Assembly: GCA_000165425.1 (NCBI GenBank)
Contig: CT868033.1
Location: forward strand, 186,001-247,095
Length of the DNA stretch: 61,095 nucleotides
From: Paramecium tetraurelia
Taxonomy: Eukaryota
Direction of reading: 5' to 3'
Positions 15,101 to 28,300 of this stretch are shown one piece after another (the stretch's first letter is position 1; each line of letters opens with the position of its first letter). A program made the position numbers and the translations under genes. The notes beneath the pieces are model-generated. The model saw nothing but the letters and a program-made list of their open reading frames with translations. It was not told where the DNA came from and made no database searches.

Positions 15101-17124
15101 ATGACACATGTTTATTATTCACAGCTAATGATGGTCCATGCAAAGCAAGTTCTGTTTCAGCATCTCCTGTTGCTTGTACTTCTAGAGTTTGTTATGAAGC
15201 TCCAAACACATATACAACAGATGATTAATGTTCGAAATATCACCCATCATGTAAAACAACAGGTAGAGGATGTAAGAGCACTGTTGGATGTGGAGAATTA
15301 ACTTCTTAAGCTTCATGCACAGCAAATACATCATGTCAATGGGCAGGATAATGCAGAACTTTACCAGCTACATGTGGTGCATTGACTACATATGGTCAAG
15401 CTATTTGTACAAATACACCTTTATCAACTGGAAAGAAATGTGCTTGGTATAATGGTTCTTCTTCCAATGTTTGCAGAGATTTCGTATGCGCAGATTATGA
15501 TGGATCAATTGCAACTCACAAGGATTGCAATGACAAAGATACAACATGTACAACTAGCGGTGCTGGTTGTGTAACCTTGGGAGTATGCTCATCCTATAGA
15601 TCTAAATCTGTTTGTGAAGCTGCAAACACAACTGAAACTTCAGTTAGATGCACTTGGAATTCTACAACTGCAGCTTGTAGATAAAGATAATGTGCAGATG
15701 GAGTTTTTACCACTGATGATGCTTGCAACACATGGCTTACTGGATGTAAAACTTCAGGAACAGCTTGTGTAGGACCAAACTTTGGATGTGATGTGTTTAC
15801 AGGAAATCCTAAACTTTGTTTGAAGAATAGCGCTAAAAATCCATGTTTATATGTTAATGGAATTTGCTATGATTATGACAATTGTACAGATGTTAGTTCT
15901 TCAACTTACTCATTCTGCTAATCCTTCTCTAAATAATGTGTGCCAACAAATACAACTTGCAGAGCTATTACTCAATGCGATAAATATGAAGATATCAACT
16001 CATGCACCATTGGTATTAATAATACTGTATGTGGATGGCTACCTGAAAATAAATGCAAAGAATACACAGTATGCAGTGATGCAGCAGGTACTGTCTTATC
16101 AGCTTGTACCAGTTGGGGTTCTACATGTGTTTCAGATGGAACCAAATGTGTCGATAAAGGAACTTGTGCTTCATATTTAACCACTTAAGCTTGTGATAAT
16201 GCAGGTACTGATGGATCATGTTAATGGACTGGAACTGCTTGCAGATTGAGAGAATGTACAGATAAGGTTGCTACAACTGATGCTGAATGTTTAGCTTATA
16301 CTGTTAAGAGTGGAATCTGTACAACTGATGGAGCTAAATGTGTTCCTAGAGCTACATGTTCTTCATATTTAACTGAAGCAGCTTGCACAATCGGATAAGA
16401 TGGAATTCCATGTGTTTATGATTTACCAGTTGGTGCTACTACAGGAACTAAATCATGTAGACCTAAGGAATGCACAGACATCAAAGGAACTACTAATGAT
16501 GCTTGTGTATCAATGATTCCAAACAAGGCTTGTGTTTCTAATGGAGTTAATTGTGTTAAATAAGATACATGTGCCAATTATAAGAATAGATTATCATGCA
16601 AAGCAGGAGGTTCAGATGGAAAATGCGCATTTACTCCAGCACCAACTACTGCAGATCCAAATAATGGAACATGTGTATCATTCAAATCATGTGAAAATGC
16701 CAATAGTGATTAAGATGCTTGTGTTACTAAACCAAAAGCATGCAAATGGTAATCAACTACAACTGGAACTACCACTACTACTAAATGTTCATCAATGGAT
16801 TGCCCTGGAGTTGCTTCTGGTACAACTTGCAACCCATTCCAAAGTTTCGATGGAACTTCAAGCACAATTTGTGTTTTGGTCAATAATGTATGTTCAGTTA
16901 GCGATCCATCAACCCTTACAGCAGAATAATGCTATAAACCAACAACTGTTTACACATACACTTGGAATGAATCCACTAATAAATGTGTTTCATGCAAAGC
17001 TCCAACTAATAATAACAATAACTCAACCAATCCAAACACTACAGACCCAGACACTAATACTGATGATAATGGATACATCTTAGGTGTTACAATTCCATTG
17101 GCTATATTGGGAATCTTTGTTTGA
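9109..17124 (+). CDS. Paramecium surface (immobilization) antigen, copy 1; 2671 aa, intronless, predicted GPI-anchored; N-terminus resembles the D-type subfamily from memory (unverified)
   Basis: Signal peptide MQIKYLLLISLLLAVTKQ. Continuous Cys-periodic Thr/Ala/Ser/Gly-rich repeats (e.g. CSTWLLGCRSTGAGC, CDDYKSGCVTTGAGC). Asn/Thr spacer, then hydrophobic tail GYILGVTIPLAILGIFV-TGA. 8016 nt = 2672 codons. ORF-track fragments at 10603, 11755, 12430, 14158, 15382 and 15940 are all in the ATG frame. Confidence 0.95.
12870..13600 (+). repeat. Central imperfect tandem repeats (~6 units of ~40 aa) in antigen copy 1
   Basis: Recurrent unit AC..Y/W..LP...QL.F/YC..R...DG.KCSW at ~120-nt spacing (units start near 12871, 13000, 13128, 13245, 13370, 13490). 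Confidence 0.75.
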
Positions 17125-17305
17125 TTTTGATTTAAAATTTATATAGGGAAAATTACATATATTAATAAAAAATTTCATTTCTCGCAATCAATTTTGATAG
17201 AAATTATTATTCTTCAATCTTTACAGTTTGTTTATTTACAGATTAAAATATGCTATCACTCTACAATATTTTTGTTTTATTATTCACTCATACTATTAAA
17301 TTTAT
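17125..17305. repeat. 3' flank shared by antigen copies 1 and 2 (other copy 30418-30597, running into a gap)
   Basis: TTTTGATTTAAAATTTATATAGGGAAAATTACATATATTAATAAAAAA...CAGATTAAAATATGCTATCACTCTACAATATTTT follows both stop codons. Confidence 0.9.
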
Positions 17306-17719
17306 TTACTATCCAAATTAACTTTGAGTTCAAGGTTAATCCATTCATATTTTGATATAATTATACAAAAAGATCAGCAGTTTTGTAACGGAATCATTCT
17401 AAATTATACTAAATATAATAAAACATTAACAAGCCAAATTTATTTTAGCCTATTATTTCTATATACAACTATTACTACTTAGTAAAACTATGAATTGTTA
17501 TGATTATTAGAAATAAAATAATTATTATAGCTACTTTATTGTCGAAATAGTAAGTTTATTTATGATATTTTATATTATAGTTAAAATAAAAATAAATTAA
17601 TCTCAAATGATAGTGGATTTGTAAACTGTTTAAAAGGTTGCTGCCAGGAATGAAATTTGATTATTGATTAAGTAATATTATTAAATTTAATAAAGAATAC
17701 AAAGCTATATCTATTAATT

Positions 17720-18476
17720 AATATAAGAATACTGGATCTCTAAAATGATGCAATCATATAGATTGATAAAAAATGACGATAGCTTCTAAAAATGACAATT
17801 CTTAATACACAAAGGGTGTAAAATCATATATATCTGTATTAGCTGAACGTATAAAGCCATTATAAATTAGTCTTTTTATATATCTGGTTTATAATCACAA
17901 TGAAGAAATTGTATATGAGAAAAACCCTTGTCTGTTTATTCAAAACAACTCTATTCTCCATCTACAAAGGTATAAATTATTGATATACAAATAAGCAGAT
18001 AGTTTAAATTAAATATCATTATAATAATTGAATATATGTGATTGACAGCAACAATAATGTAATTCTCTTGGCTTATAAAGTATTATCTATTAGTTTAGAG
18101 CATTTTAAGTAGTTATATACAAAAGATACTTTTTATTCTATTTTAGGATAATCATTAGCAACGATGCATAGATATGATAATGCAATTTAGATTTTAGATC
18201 AAGTATTGAAAACAATCAAATAAGTGCTAATCTCTTGTTTGGAAAGGTTACAAACAATTCGAGTTATTTAGGCGACTGTCTAAATCAAGTGGTTTGTTTC
18301 AGTTCTATAAAATTATTATACAATAAATACCAAGCAAATGGCTTATATATAAGGCTATTTTGATGAATCAAAATTTTCCATATGTTCAAAATCAGATAGG
18401 GAAATAAATGTGTTGATGTAACTGGATCTGTAAATTAACAAAAGAAATAGTAATAATGAATCAAATGATAATTTGA
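17720..18476 (+). pseudogene. Degenerate partial copy of the TPR gene at 49585-51346
   Basis: GATGCATAGATATGATAATGCAATTTAGATTTTAGATCAAGTATTG (~18163) matches ~51068. Same intron remnants and same terminal ..ATGATAATTTGA. Many indels and in-frame TGAs; the 5' part is not recognisable. Confidence 0.85.
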
Positions 18477-18749
18477 AAATAGTAATGATCATCAACATTA
18501 GTTATTAAAATAATTTTCATCATCTCTTATTTTGTCAATAAATTTTCTAATTATTGTATTTGAAATTATTAGAGAACTTGCAGTTGACAATTGAATATAT
18601 GCAAAACAGGAATTAAAATAAAGTGCTAAAAAACTCTAAAGTAAAATTTTGTATAATTACAATTTTTATATTAAAAGTATAACTCCATTAGAATTAATTA
18701 ATAGAAGAGCAGATTAAAGCGCAAAAAATCATCTTAGAAATAGTTATAT

Positions 18750-20560
18750 TATTTGAAGATTGGTTGAGTGATTACTATCAATATGCCCAGAGAAAATATA
18801 GAGTAAAAATAAAGTCTGCAATTTTATGCATCCAAGATGATTTGTCGGAATTTTTACTAGCAATTAAGTAGTAACTATTAGAAATTTTTCCTAATAGTAT
18901 TTCAAAGATGCTCTAAATGATATCAATTGATGGAGTTTTTATTATTAATCTATGCCCAGAGTCTGATTTCAAAAACAGCAATTGCTACTATCTACGCAGA
19001 GTTTGGGTATCAAAGAGAAAATATTTGCATTAAAATACTTACAAAGTATTGATCTTGTAAATGGGAAAGTGAAAAAATTAAAAGCATATTGATTTAGAAG
19101 AACTCTGATAATAGGTGTCGAAGAAATATGAGTATAACATTTTAAGTCCTGAGACACTAATAGACTTTCATAGAATATATAATTCTTTAGAAAAAAAAAT
19201 ACTGCCTCAAGAACTTCAAAGGTATTGTGATTACAAAAGACCGAGTCTTAAATTTCATATAGATTAGGAGAAAGTTAAATATGTATCAGCTGAATAGTTT
19301 AAAAGAAAAAAATTGAAGCCTTTATTCGCAGTTAAAGGCCAGAGTTAGAAAAAATGGATACCAAGTCATGTACAAAGTTGTAATTGCTTTTCTAAAAATA
19401 AATTTAAAAAAATCATAACATGATGTCTAAAAAGCAAAATTTTGGACGTTGTATTAATAATGGATTTCACTTTTAGTATTTTTCCTTGGATTAATCAAGC
19501 AAAAGAAAGTATATTAGCAATAATCGATATTTTTAATAAAGATGTCTCATAAACATAAATTAAAATTGCTTTTGTTGAATATAGAGGTTTTAAGATGAGA
19601 AGGATTTTTAATATCATGGTTTTATGACGGATGTTTAATTACCAAAATCATTTATACTCTCTAAGCTAATGGTGGTGATGATGAAGCAGAAGATATTGAA
19701 GGCGAAATTGTGCAAGTATTAATTTAAATTTTCGAACCACCGTAATGTATACTTTATTTTCTAGAATAAAGATTTTTACTCATTATCTAACATTACTATT
19801 AAAAATAGTCTTCAGAAAGGATTTCTAATAATACTAATTTCATTGATAAAGAAAAATGAAAATTATTCCGCTTTTAGTCATTTTACAAATAGAGACCTAG
19901 TGATTTCTGATTTTTAGGGAAACTAGAGGTCCTTTCAGATCCACTTATACATCCATTTTAGAAAATTTAACATTTGAAGGATGAAACAAACATTCAAAAT
20001 TTAGGAATTGAAACATTTTTCCAGAGTTAGTTTAATGATAGAGTCTAAAGAAATTAAGTTCATGAAGAGTCTCCTAAAATTGATCATTTCTATAGCTGAA
20101 ATAACTTAACATTCAGAATGTGAATGTAGTTTTTAATGTTTGTGGTGATATTTTCTAAATTATTTTTTATCATTACGATGGTTAAATTGATGATGCCTAT
20201 ACTTACCAAAATGTCTATAGTTTTATGAATTGACTGAAATTTGTGAATGCTGTGGTAATGAATTAAAATTTATTATAAAAAGTGTATTAAATTAAACATT
20301 AGATTTAAAAATATGTGAAGAGTGTTAGAGAGATTACTTAGATTAGAGATGTAATCAAAGTGCATAAATTTTATAAAAGCAAGTCTTTTTCGTGAAAAAT
20401 TTTATAAAAGAAATATGTTTCTACTATTCATCATAATCTGGCAGAAGAAAAGTAAGATAAATTTAATGACACTGATGGAGAATCCAAATATTTATGTGAG
20501 GAAGCATGCTAATTGCTTGAAAACCCATATTGTTTGAACATATACATAATTATTTATTAT
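18750..20560 (+). pseudogene. Degenerate copy of the CCCH-vWA-alpha-kinase gene at 52493-55250, with a large internal deletion
   Basis: Collinear matches: CTATCAATATGCCCAGAG (18776); PWINQAKESI and GGDDEAED vWA remnants (19485-19700); NYSAFSHFT..LVISDFQG kinase remnant (19861-19920); GGAGAATCCAAATATTTATGTGAGGAAGCATGC (20477). Frameshifts and TGA stops throughout. Confidence 0.88.
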
Positions 20561-20604
20561 TAGTTTTCTGAATAATTGTGATTTTTGTCATCATAAAAAA
20601 AATT

Positions 20605-21030
20605 ATCAAAATCAATTGAATATAACTAAATTTCTCTAGTTTTTTAATATATATTAATAATTTATAAATAAGTACAATTATTATCAATATATTTTTGAAT
20701 TTAAGAAATTTTCTTTAAATAATAATTAACCATAATTTTGATGAGGTAATTTTTAAATATTTTATATCCCAAATAAAAAGTATATATTAGAATTTAAAAT
20801 GGGGATTCTATATTGCGGAGAATATCATCCATTTTGAACTATAACTCCCTCATGTAAATTGGTATATAAATGTAGAAATCAAATCATTTTTGCTGATTAT
20901 TTCGCGAATTTTAGACAGCTTATTAAAAGACTTCTTATGCTTTTTAAGTGTTGGTTTATTACTATGGATTATAAAGCTTGCATTTGTCTTTATCAGATCC
21001 ATTCATCCCTGTTTTCATTTTTTGCATCTG
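20605..21030. repeat. ~430-bp duplicated block, copy B (of 6962-7388), including the last codons/stop of the upstream Cys-rich gene
   Basis: AAAATCAATTGAA...TTTTCATTTTTTGCATCT aligns with 6966-7388. Weak similarity continues to ~21130 vs ~7540. Confidence 0.93.
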
Positions 21031-22339
21031 TTTATTTTAAATTTATTAACTGATAAATTATGATTTTATAAATTAATACATTCTATATAAATAATATCAA
21101 TTAAATTTTTATTCTTTATTCAAATATCTTGAGGAGTTCAGCAAAATTATTGGTACACAATTAGACTAGAAGGAGAATCATTTAGAAAATAGGAACGTTA
21201 TCAATATGAATTCCAAATATTATTAATTTTAATAAGTAAAATAGCTAGCTAAATTTGATTTATAGATATGGGGTTATGTTTTTCCTGGGTCCTTACGAAT
21301 AATAAATTAAAGTAATATGACAAAATGAAAGTTTGTATAAATCCTTTATTCTATAAATTAAAATTTATTTTTGTCAGAAAAATATATTACTTCATTTAAT
21401 ATTTTACAAAATAATTGTTTAGAGCAAAGGTTGATAGAAAAACAAAAATTTAGGGTGATCATTTTTTTGAAATAGATTATTTAATAAATTATTATACCCT
21501 TCTCATTAATTTTCCCATAATATTTTGGAAATAAAGTATACATAATCTGGAAGCAAGGATTCTTCTAATTTCAGAGTTGCAAGTAGTAATTATGAAGTCA
21601 AAATTGATATTATTGATTATACTTTTTTTTTTTTAGAATAACAGAATAAATTAATTGATGTAGGTTTGTTTCTGTGATTCTATATTTTGATATTCCCACC
21701 CTGTATTTTCAGATGTAGAAAATAGAAGGAAAAATACTTCTTTAATAATTAGAATTAACAATTTTACTATTGTCTCAAAAAGAGATTATTTTAAATAAAA
21801 TAGTTGCAAACTTCGAATAACTTTTATTGAGCAACTATTTTACTCAATTCTGATCAAAAGATGCAAATCTCTCCAATAAGTGTCGTATATTGACAAATTA
21901 CTATAAAATTTATTCCTTCATATATATCAACATTTAAACATGATTCATCCTTCTCCTTTATTTTTTCTATAAATATTCTATTGATAAAGTTGATCTGTAA
22001 TAATAATATAGACACACTATCTAATTTAGAAGGACTCTATTAATCTTGATAACTTTCAGACCTGGTTATTCTGAAAAAATAGGTGTTTGTTAATAAAAAA
22101 ATAAATATATAAGTTGATAATATCATCAAACATATTAAAATAGAATACAAACACTCTGTTAGAAGCCATCTGTGTTTTCATTCTCAAGTTAGTCTAGATA
22201 ATTATATTAAAATTAATGATGATTATGATGGAGGATTATTAGATAAAATTAAATTTCCTAAATTACATATTTAATAATATGATATAAGATAAAAAATTAA
22301 AAAATTTAATTTTTCATATATTTTAAATTGAAAAAGTAG

Positions 22340-22369
22340 ATCCTTAAATATTTAATTTACTAAATAAAA
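22340..22369 (+). promoter_or_regulatory. ATG-proximal motif of antigen copy 2
   Basis: ATCCTTAAATATTTAATTTACTAAATAAAA differs by one base from the copy-3 upstream sequence and shares its last 18 nt with copy 1. Confidence 0.5.
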
Positions 22370-25300
22370 ATGCAAATCAAATATTTGCTTTTGATAAGTC
22401 TTCTGCTTACAATAACTCAGTAAGTGACAGTGACTAAAAATGATACCTGTGATGATTGTACATAATTCAAATCTTCCTCTGATTGTAAATCATTTGGATG
22501 TACCTGGACGGAGAAAACAACCACAACCCCAGGATCCTGTGCCAAAACTACTACACCACCACCTATTGCTATTACAAGATATTGTGAAACAATAGAGACA
22601 ACAAATTGTGCTAAGACATTTGGATGTGCCTTAGTTGAAGGAAAATGCACTCATTTCACAGGATGTTCAGCTTATGTCAAAACTACACACTCAGACTGCT
22701 AAGCCATATCTTACATGTGTATTACTAATGGAACAACATGCACAAATGCACTTGAATGTGTTGGATATACTAAAGAATAATGTGAAACTACCCCTAGCTT
22801 GAAGAGCCCATACAAATGTAAACTTGATGGAGAAACATGTAGAGACTATAAATGTATTGAGGCTGATTCATCACTTACAACTGATTTAGCCTGCTCAACT
22901 TGGTTATTAGGTTGTAGATCAACAGGCGCTGGTTGTATTGATTTAGTACCACCATGTGCTAGTTATTAAGGTACTTCAGAAACATGCCCAAAGATGAAGG
23001 GATCAGATGGAAATTGTGAATTTAATGCAGATGGTAATGTTTGTAAAGCAAGAGTATGCACAGGTGCAGATACTGGACTTAACACTAATGAGGCTTGTGC
23101 TTAATACTAAGTTGGATGTGTAACAACAGGAAAGGGATGTATTGCAACAAGAGGAGCTTGTTCAACTTATGATGGAAATGCTTCAACTTGTATTGGATAT
23201 ATTGGTACAGATGGAGAATGTGCTGGAGATGCTACAGGTACTAAATGCAGAGCTAGATTATGTAGTGAAAAAACTGCAACTACTGATGCTGAGTGTGGAA
23301 CTTGGAAGACTGGATGCAAATCAAATGGAAAATAATGTGTTGATTCATTAAGTGCTTGTAGCTCATATGATGGAACAACCACTACATGTGCTGGTTTGAA
23401 AGGATCAGATGGTTAATTGCAAAGGAACTTCAACAACAACAGCTAAATGTGCCTTAAAAGATTGTGTGACTGATAGTAATGACACATTTAAAACATAAGC
23501 TCAATGTGAAACTATTTAATCAAACTGTAAAAACAACAGGAAAAGGATGTGTGGCAACATTAGCTGCATGTTCTTCATATTCTTATACAGATGATGGAAC
23601 ATCTTGTAATTCATGGTATGGATCAGATGGTAGATGTAAACCTGGAACAGCTGGAAAGTGTGCAGCTAGAGTTTGTACTGAAGCTTTAACATCATTAACT
23701 ACAAACAAATAATGTGATGATTACAAGAGTGGATGTGTAACCACTGGAGCTGGATGTGTTTCAACAACTGTTTGCTAAGATACTGTTAAATAAGTTACTT
23801 GTGAAGGAACATCTAATTTGTGGATGGAATTCAATCTGTGTTTCAAAGACTAGTTGTGGTTAATTATTGACCAAATCTATTTGTGAAAGTGTCAAGATAA
23901 ACAATAAGCCATGTAAATGGGATACAAGCACATGCAGAAGTGCAAGATGTGATGATTTTACAGCCACAGATGATAATACTTGCAATACCTTACTTGAAAA
24001 TTGTGTTACTAATGGTACGAAATGTGTTGATGGTACTAATTGTGCTGCTTAATTTAAAGGAACATAATAAGCATGCTAAGCCTTTAAAGCCAAATGTACT
24101 AACGATACTAATGCAGCTGCAACTGTTGCCTGTAAAGCAAGAACATGTGATGATTCATATCTCACTTACGATAATGATCAAGATTGTGGTAATTATTTTG
24201 ACAGGTTGTGTGACAAAGGGATCTGGTTGTATTATTGACACAGCTGTATGTTCAAGTTATTCTGGTACTCCAGAACAATGTGATAAATTTAAAGGAAATA
24301 AGACTACTAGATGTTGGAATACCAGTGCTTCTGGTGCTTGTGTTGATAAATAATGTACATAGGCTACTAGCATGGGAGATGACACAGCATGTGAATCATT
24401 TTTAACAGGATGTTTATATGATGGCAATGGAAGTTGTGTAGCTAAAAGTGCTGCATGCACAGCTTATACAGGTACTGCCATTACTTGCTTAAACTTTAAA
24501 GGAAGCAATTAAGCTAATCCATGCTTCCAAGGTGTTGGAGGAAAGTGCAGAAATAAAACATGTGGTGACGATACAACTAGTACAAGTGATGGAGATTGCA
24601 ATACATTTTTACCAGATTGTGTTACTAAGGGAACTGGATGTATTGAAAAGACCTCTTTATGCCCTGCATATCAAGGAACAACTGATAAATGTTTAACATT
24701 TACTGGAAAATCAGGAGCTGATAAATGCACAAGATTTGGAAGCCTGTGTATCAAAAGCTACGACCTGCGCTTCAAAAACAGGAATAGCTGGAAATGATGA
24801 TTGTTTATCATATCACGCTGATTGCAGATTTAAATTTGGAGACACAATTTGCATGCAAAGTTAAACTGCTTGTACAAGTTATACATTGACTGGTACTGAT
24901 GATGCTGCAAAGTAGACTTATTGTAATTCAATTACAACATCATCAGCTGGTTTATGTAGTTATAGTACAGGTACAACAGGCACATGTTCTCCTAGAGCAT
25001 GCAATCTATGGGTGAGTACATTAACTAATATTACATGGTGAAAATTATAATGGAACAGCTTACATGTAAATTAAATGGTGCTTCTTATTGTTATACTCCT
25101 GTAGCCTCATGCGCTTCATACACAATACCAACAAGCATTACAGATAATTCAGCTAAATTAGCATGGTGTAATGCAATGTTCACAAATGCAGTTACCGCAA
25201 CTAAGTGTTCATTTGATTCAGCCACTCCAACTACATGCTCCAATATAGATAGTTGTGAAGAGATCATTTCTCCTACCAGTGCTGCTGATTGTAATAAAAA

Positions 25301-28300
25301 ATTAAATGATGGACAATGCTAATTTGTTAACAACAAATGTATTACTACTAAAAATGCATGTACTGGTTATTTATTAACTGGAATTACTACAGGTTAAGCT
25401 ACTTATTGTTCTGCTTTGAAATCAGATAATTCAGGAACTGTTAAAAAATGTTCATATATTTCTGGAACTTCTACAACTACTTGTGTTGATGAGGTAGTAG
25501 CAACAGTTGCCAATCCAGCTGCTATCACTGTTGGAGCTTGTAATACAATTTCATCACCAACTTCATAAGCAGATTGTAATTTAGGAACTGGAAGTTGTAA
25601 ATATTATTCAGGAGCTTGTTATGCTAGGGTTGCATGTGCAAGTTATACTGTTGTTGGTGCAGATGCAGCTGCTAAGCAAAACTTTTGTTAGAATATGTAT
25701 GATAATACAGCAGATGAATATTGCTCTTATAATGCTGGAGCTTGTGCTGCTGGTAAAACTGCTTGTACTGATTATTCTACTTTAGCTGGGGCAGATGATG
25801 CTGCTAAAACATTAGAATGTTCTAAACTCAGAATAAAAACAGGAAGTGCTTGCGGCTTCACTGCATCAGGAACTGCATGTGCAGTTCCAGCCGATGCTGC
25901 TGCTTCATGCACACTTGTAACATCTGATATAGCTGCTGATGCGGATTGCGCCTTAAGAACAATATTAGGATGCAAGAAACATGCTACTAATCCTGCTTGT
26001 ATTGCAAATGATGCATGTACTGATGTTACTCCTACTGGAACTACAGATGATGCGAAGACCACTAGTTGCTAAGCTAATATTGGTCCTGATTCTAAATATT
26101 GTACATTTACATCTGGTGGTGCAAAGTGTGTAGCTGCTTAAAGTGCATGTTCAGGTTATTCAAGTCTTCCAAGTGATGATACTAAATTAGCTTTTTGTCA
26201 ATTAAGAATTAATGAGAAAGGATAAAGATGTACATGGGTTACCGCTGCTACAGCTTGTTCAGATCCTTCAGCTACATGTGTGAGCTACACTGGTCTAAGT
26301 GGTACTGATATACTAACACAATGTTAAGCTAAAAATGATTTGGCTGGAGTTAAATGTTCATGGAATATAGGTACTACTGCATGTATCCCTGCTCCAAAAA
26401 CCTGTGCTGGTTGGAATAGTCTTCCAACTTCAGGATAATTAGAATTTTGTTAAGCCAGAATTAAATCAGATGGTTTAAGATGTTCATGGGTTAGCGGTAC
26501 TACATGTACAGATGCTCAGGCTGCTTGTACATCATTAACTGGTCTTCCAGCCTAAGGGGAATTAGCTTATTGTTAACTAAGACTAAAACAAGATGGAGTG
26601 AAATGTTCATGGAGTAGTGGTGCTACCTGTTAGGATTAGCCAACAGCATGTTCAAACTGGAGTACTCTTCCATCATCAGAATAATTAGAATTTTGTTAGG
26701 CTAGAAGTAACGCAGCCGGAAATAGATGTTCATTTGTTGCAGCTGCTACTGCATGTTCTGATGCTCAAGCTGCTTGTACTGGATATAGTACACTACCTTC
26801 ATCAGGATAATTAGCATTTTGTTAAGCAAGAGTTTAATAAGATGGAACTAAATGTTCATGGACTGCTGGAGGAACAGCTTGCAGAGCTTATTCATGTGAA
26901 GATACAGCATCTCCTTAATCATAAGCTGATTGCGATGCTACTGGCTCAGGATGCACTTATTAACCTCAACTCTAAATTTGTTATAAAAAAGAAGCAGCAT
27001 GTACAAGTTATACTCCAACAGGTGCTACTGAGGCTGATAAACTTAACTATTGTAATAATCTATTAAATTCTGCTTCTCCTGCTGTTGGATGTACTTACAT
27101 CAAAGGAAAGACTAGTGTTTCAACATGTTCAGTATTAGCTGCTTGCACAGGCTATGATGTTTCAGATATAACTGCTGCAGCCGATAAATTAGCTGCTTGT
27201 TAAGGTGCAATACCCTCTACTGGTTCATGTACATACTTTTCAGGAAATACATGCGTTGCTGTTGCAGCTTGCTCTACATATACTGGATATACTGGATCAG
27301 ATGTAGTAGGTGATTGTGCAAAATAAAAAGATGATACTACTAAATTATTATGTTTTGGATCTGGTACAGCATGTGCTGCCGCAACTTGTGAAAATGTTAC
27401 AGGAGCAACAAGTCTTGATGATTGTAAGAAATACGCCAATGGTTGTATATACTATAATTCTAAATGTTATACTTTATCAGCAACTTGTGCATACTCTACT
27501 GGAGGAACTAATGCAGTTTCATTTTGTAATAATCTAAAAAACACTGGTGGTGATTACTGTACAGCTGATGCTGATACTGATGCTAATTGCAAAGACAGAA
27601 CATGTACTGATACTGCAACAAATAGTTTCTAAACTCATGATGAATGTAAGACTTATCATTCAACATGCAAATCAGACGGCTAAGGTTGTATCCTTGCTTC
27701 AAAGACATGTACTTAATAAAGTGGATATCTTAGCTTTTGTGAATGGGCATTAGATACTAACAACAAATCAACTTGTGCCAAAGGAACGGCAGATACTAAT
27801 AGTGCTGCCTGTACAAAGTTAGCTTGTGAGTTGAATGTTACTGCAACAAGTGATTCAGAATGCCAATAATTCAATTCTGATTGTTTGAATAAAGGTTATG
27901 GTTGTATTCATAAAACAGAGCCTTGTACCTCTTACTATGGTACAAAAACATCGTGCTAGGCATTTACAGGAAATAGTAAGAAATGCTATGGAGATTCTGC
28001 TACTACTACGAAAGCTGCTTGCAGAGATAGAAGATGCAGCGATTTGGCTACAGCTACCAGTGATGCCGACTGTGAAAATTTCTTATCAGGTTGTTTATTC
28101 AATGGAGTTGGATGTGTAGACAAAAGTGCTGCTTGTAGTGCATATAGGGGAAACTAAGATACTTGCTCAGGATTTAAGGGAAGTAATGGAACTAAATATT
28201 GTTGGGGACCCAGTGCTACAACTGTTGGCAATTGTGCAGATAGAAAGTGTTCAGATAAATCTGGTAGCACTACCGATACAGAATGTTAAACTTTCTTGCC

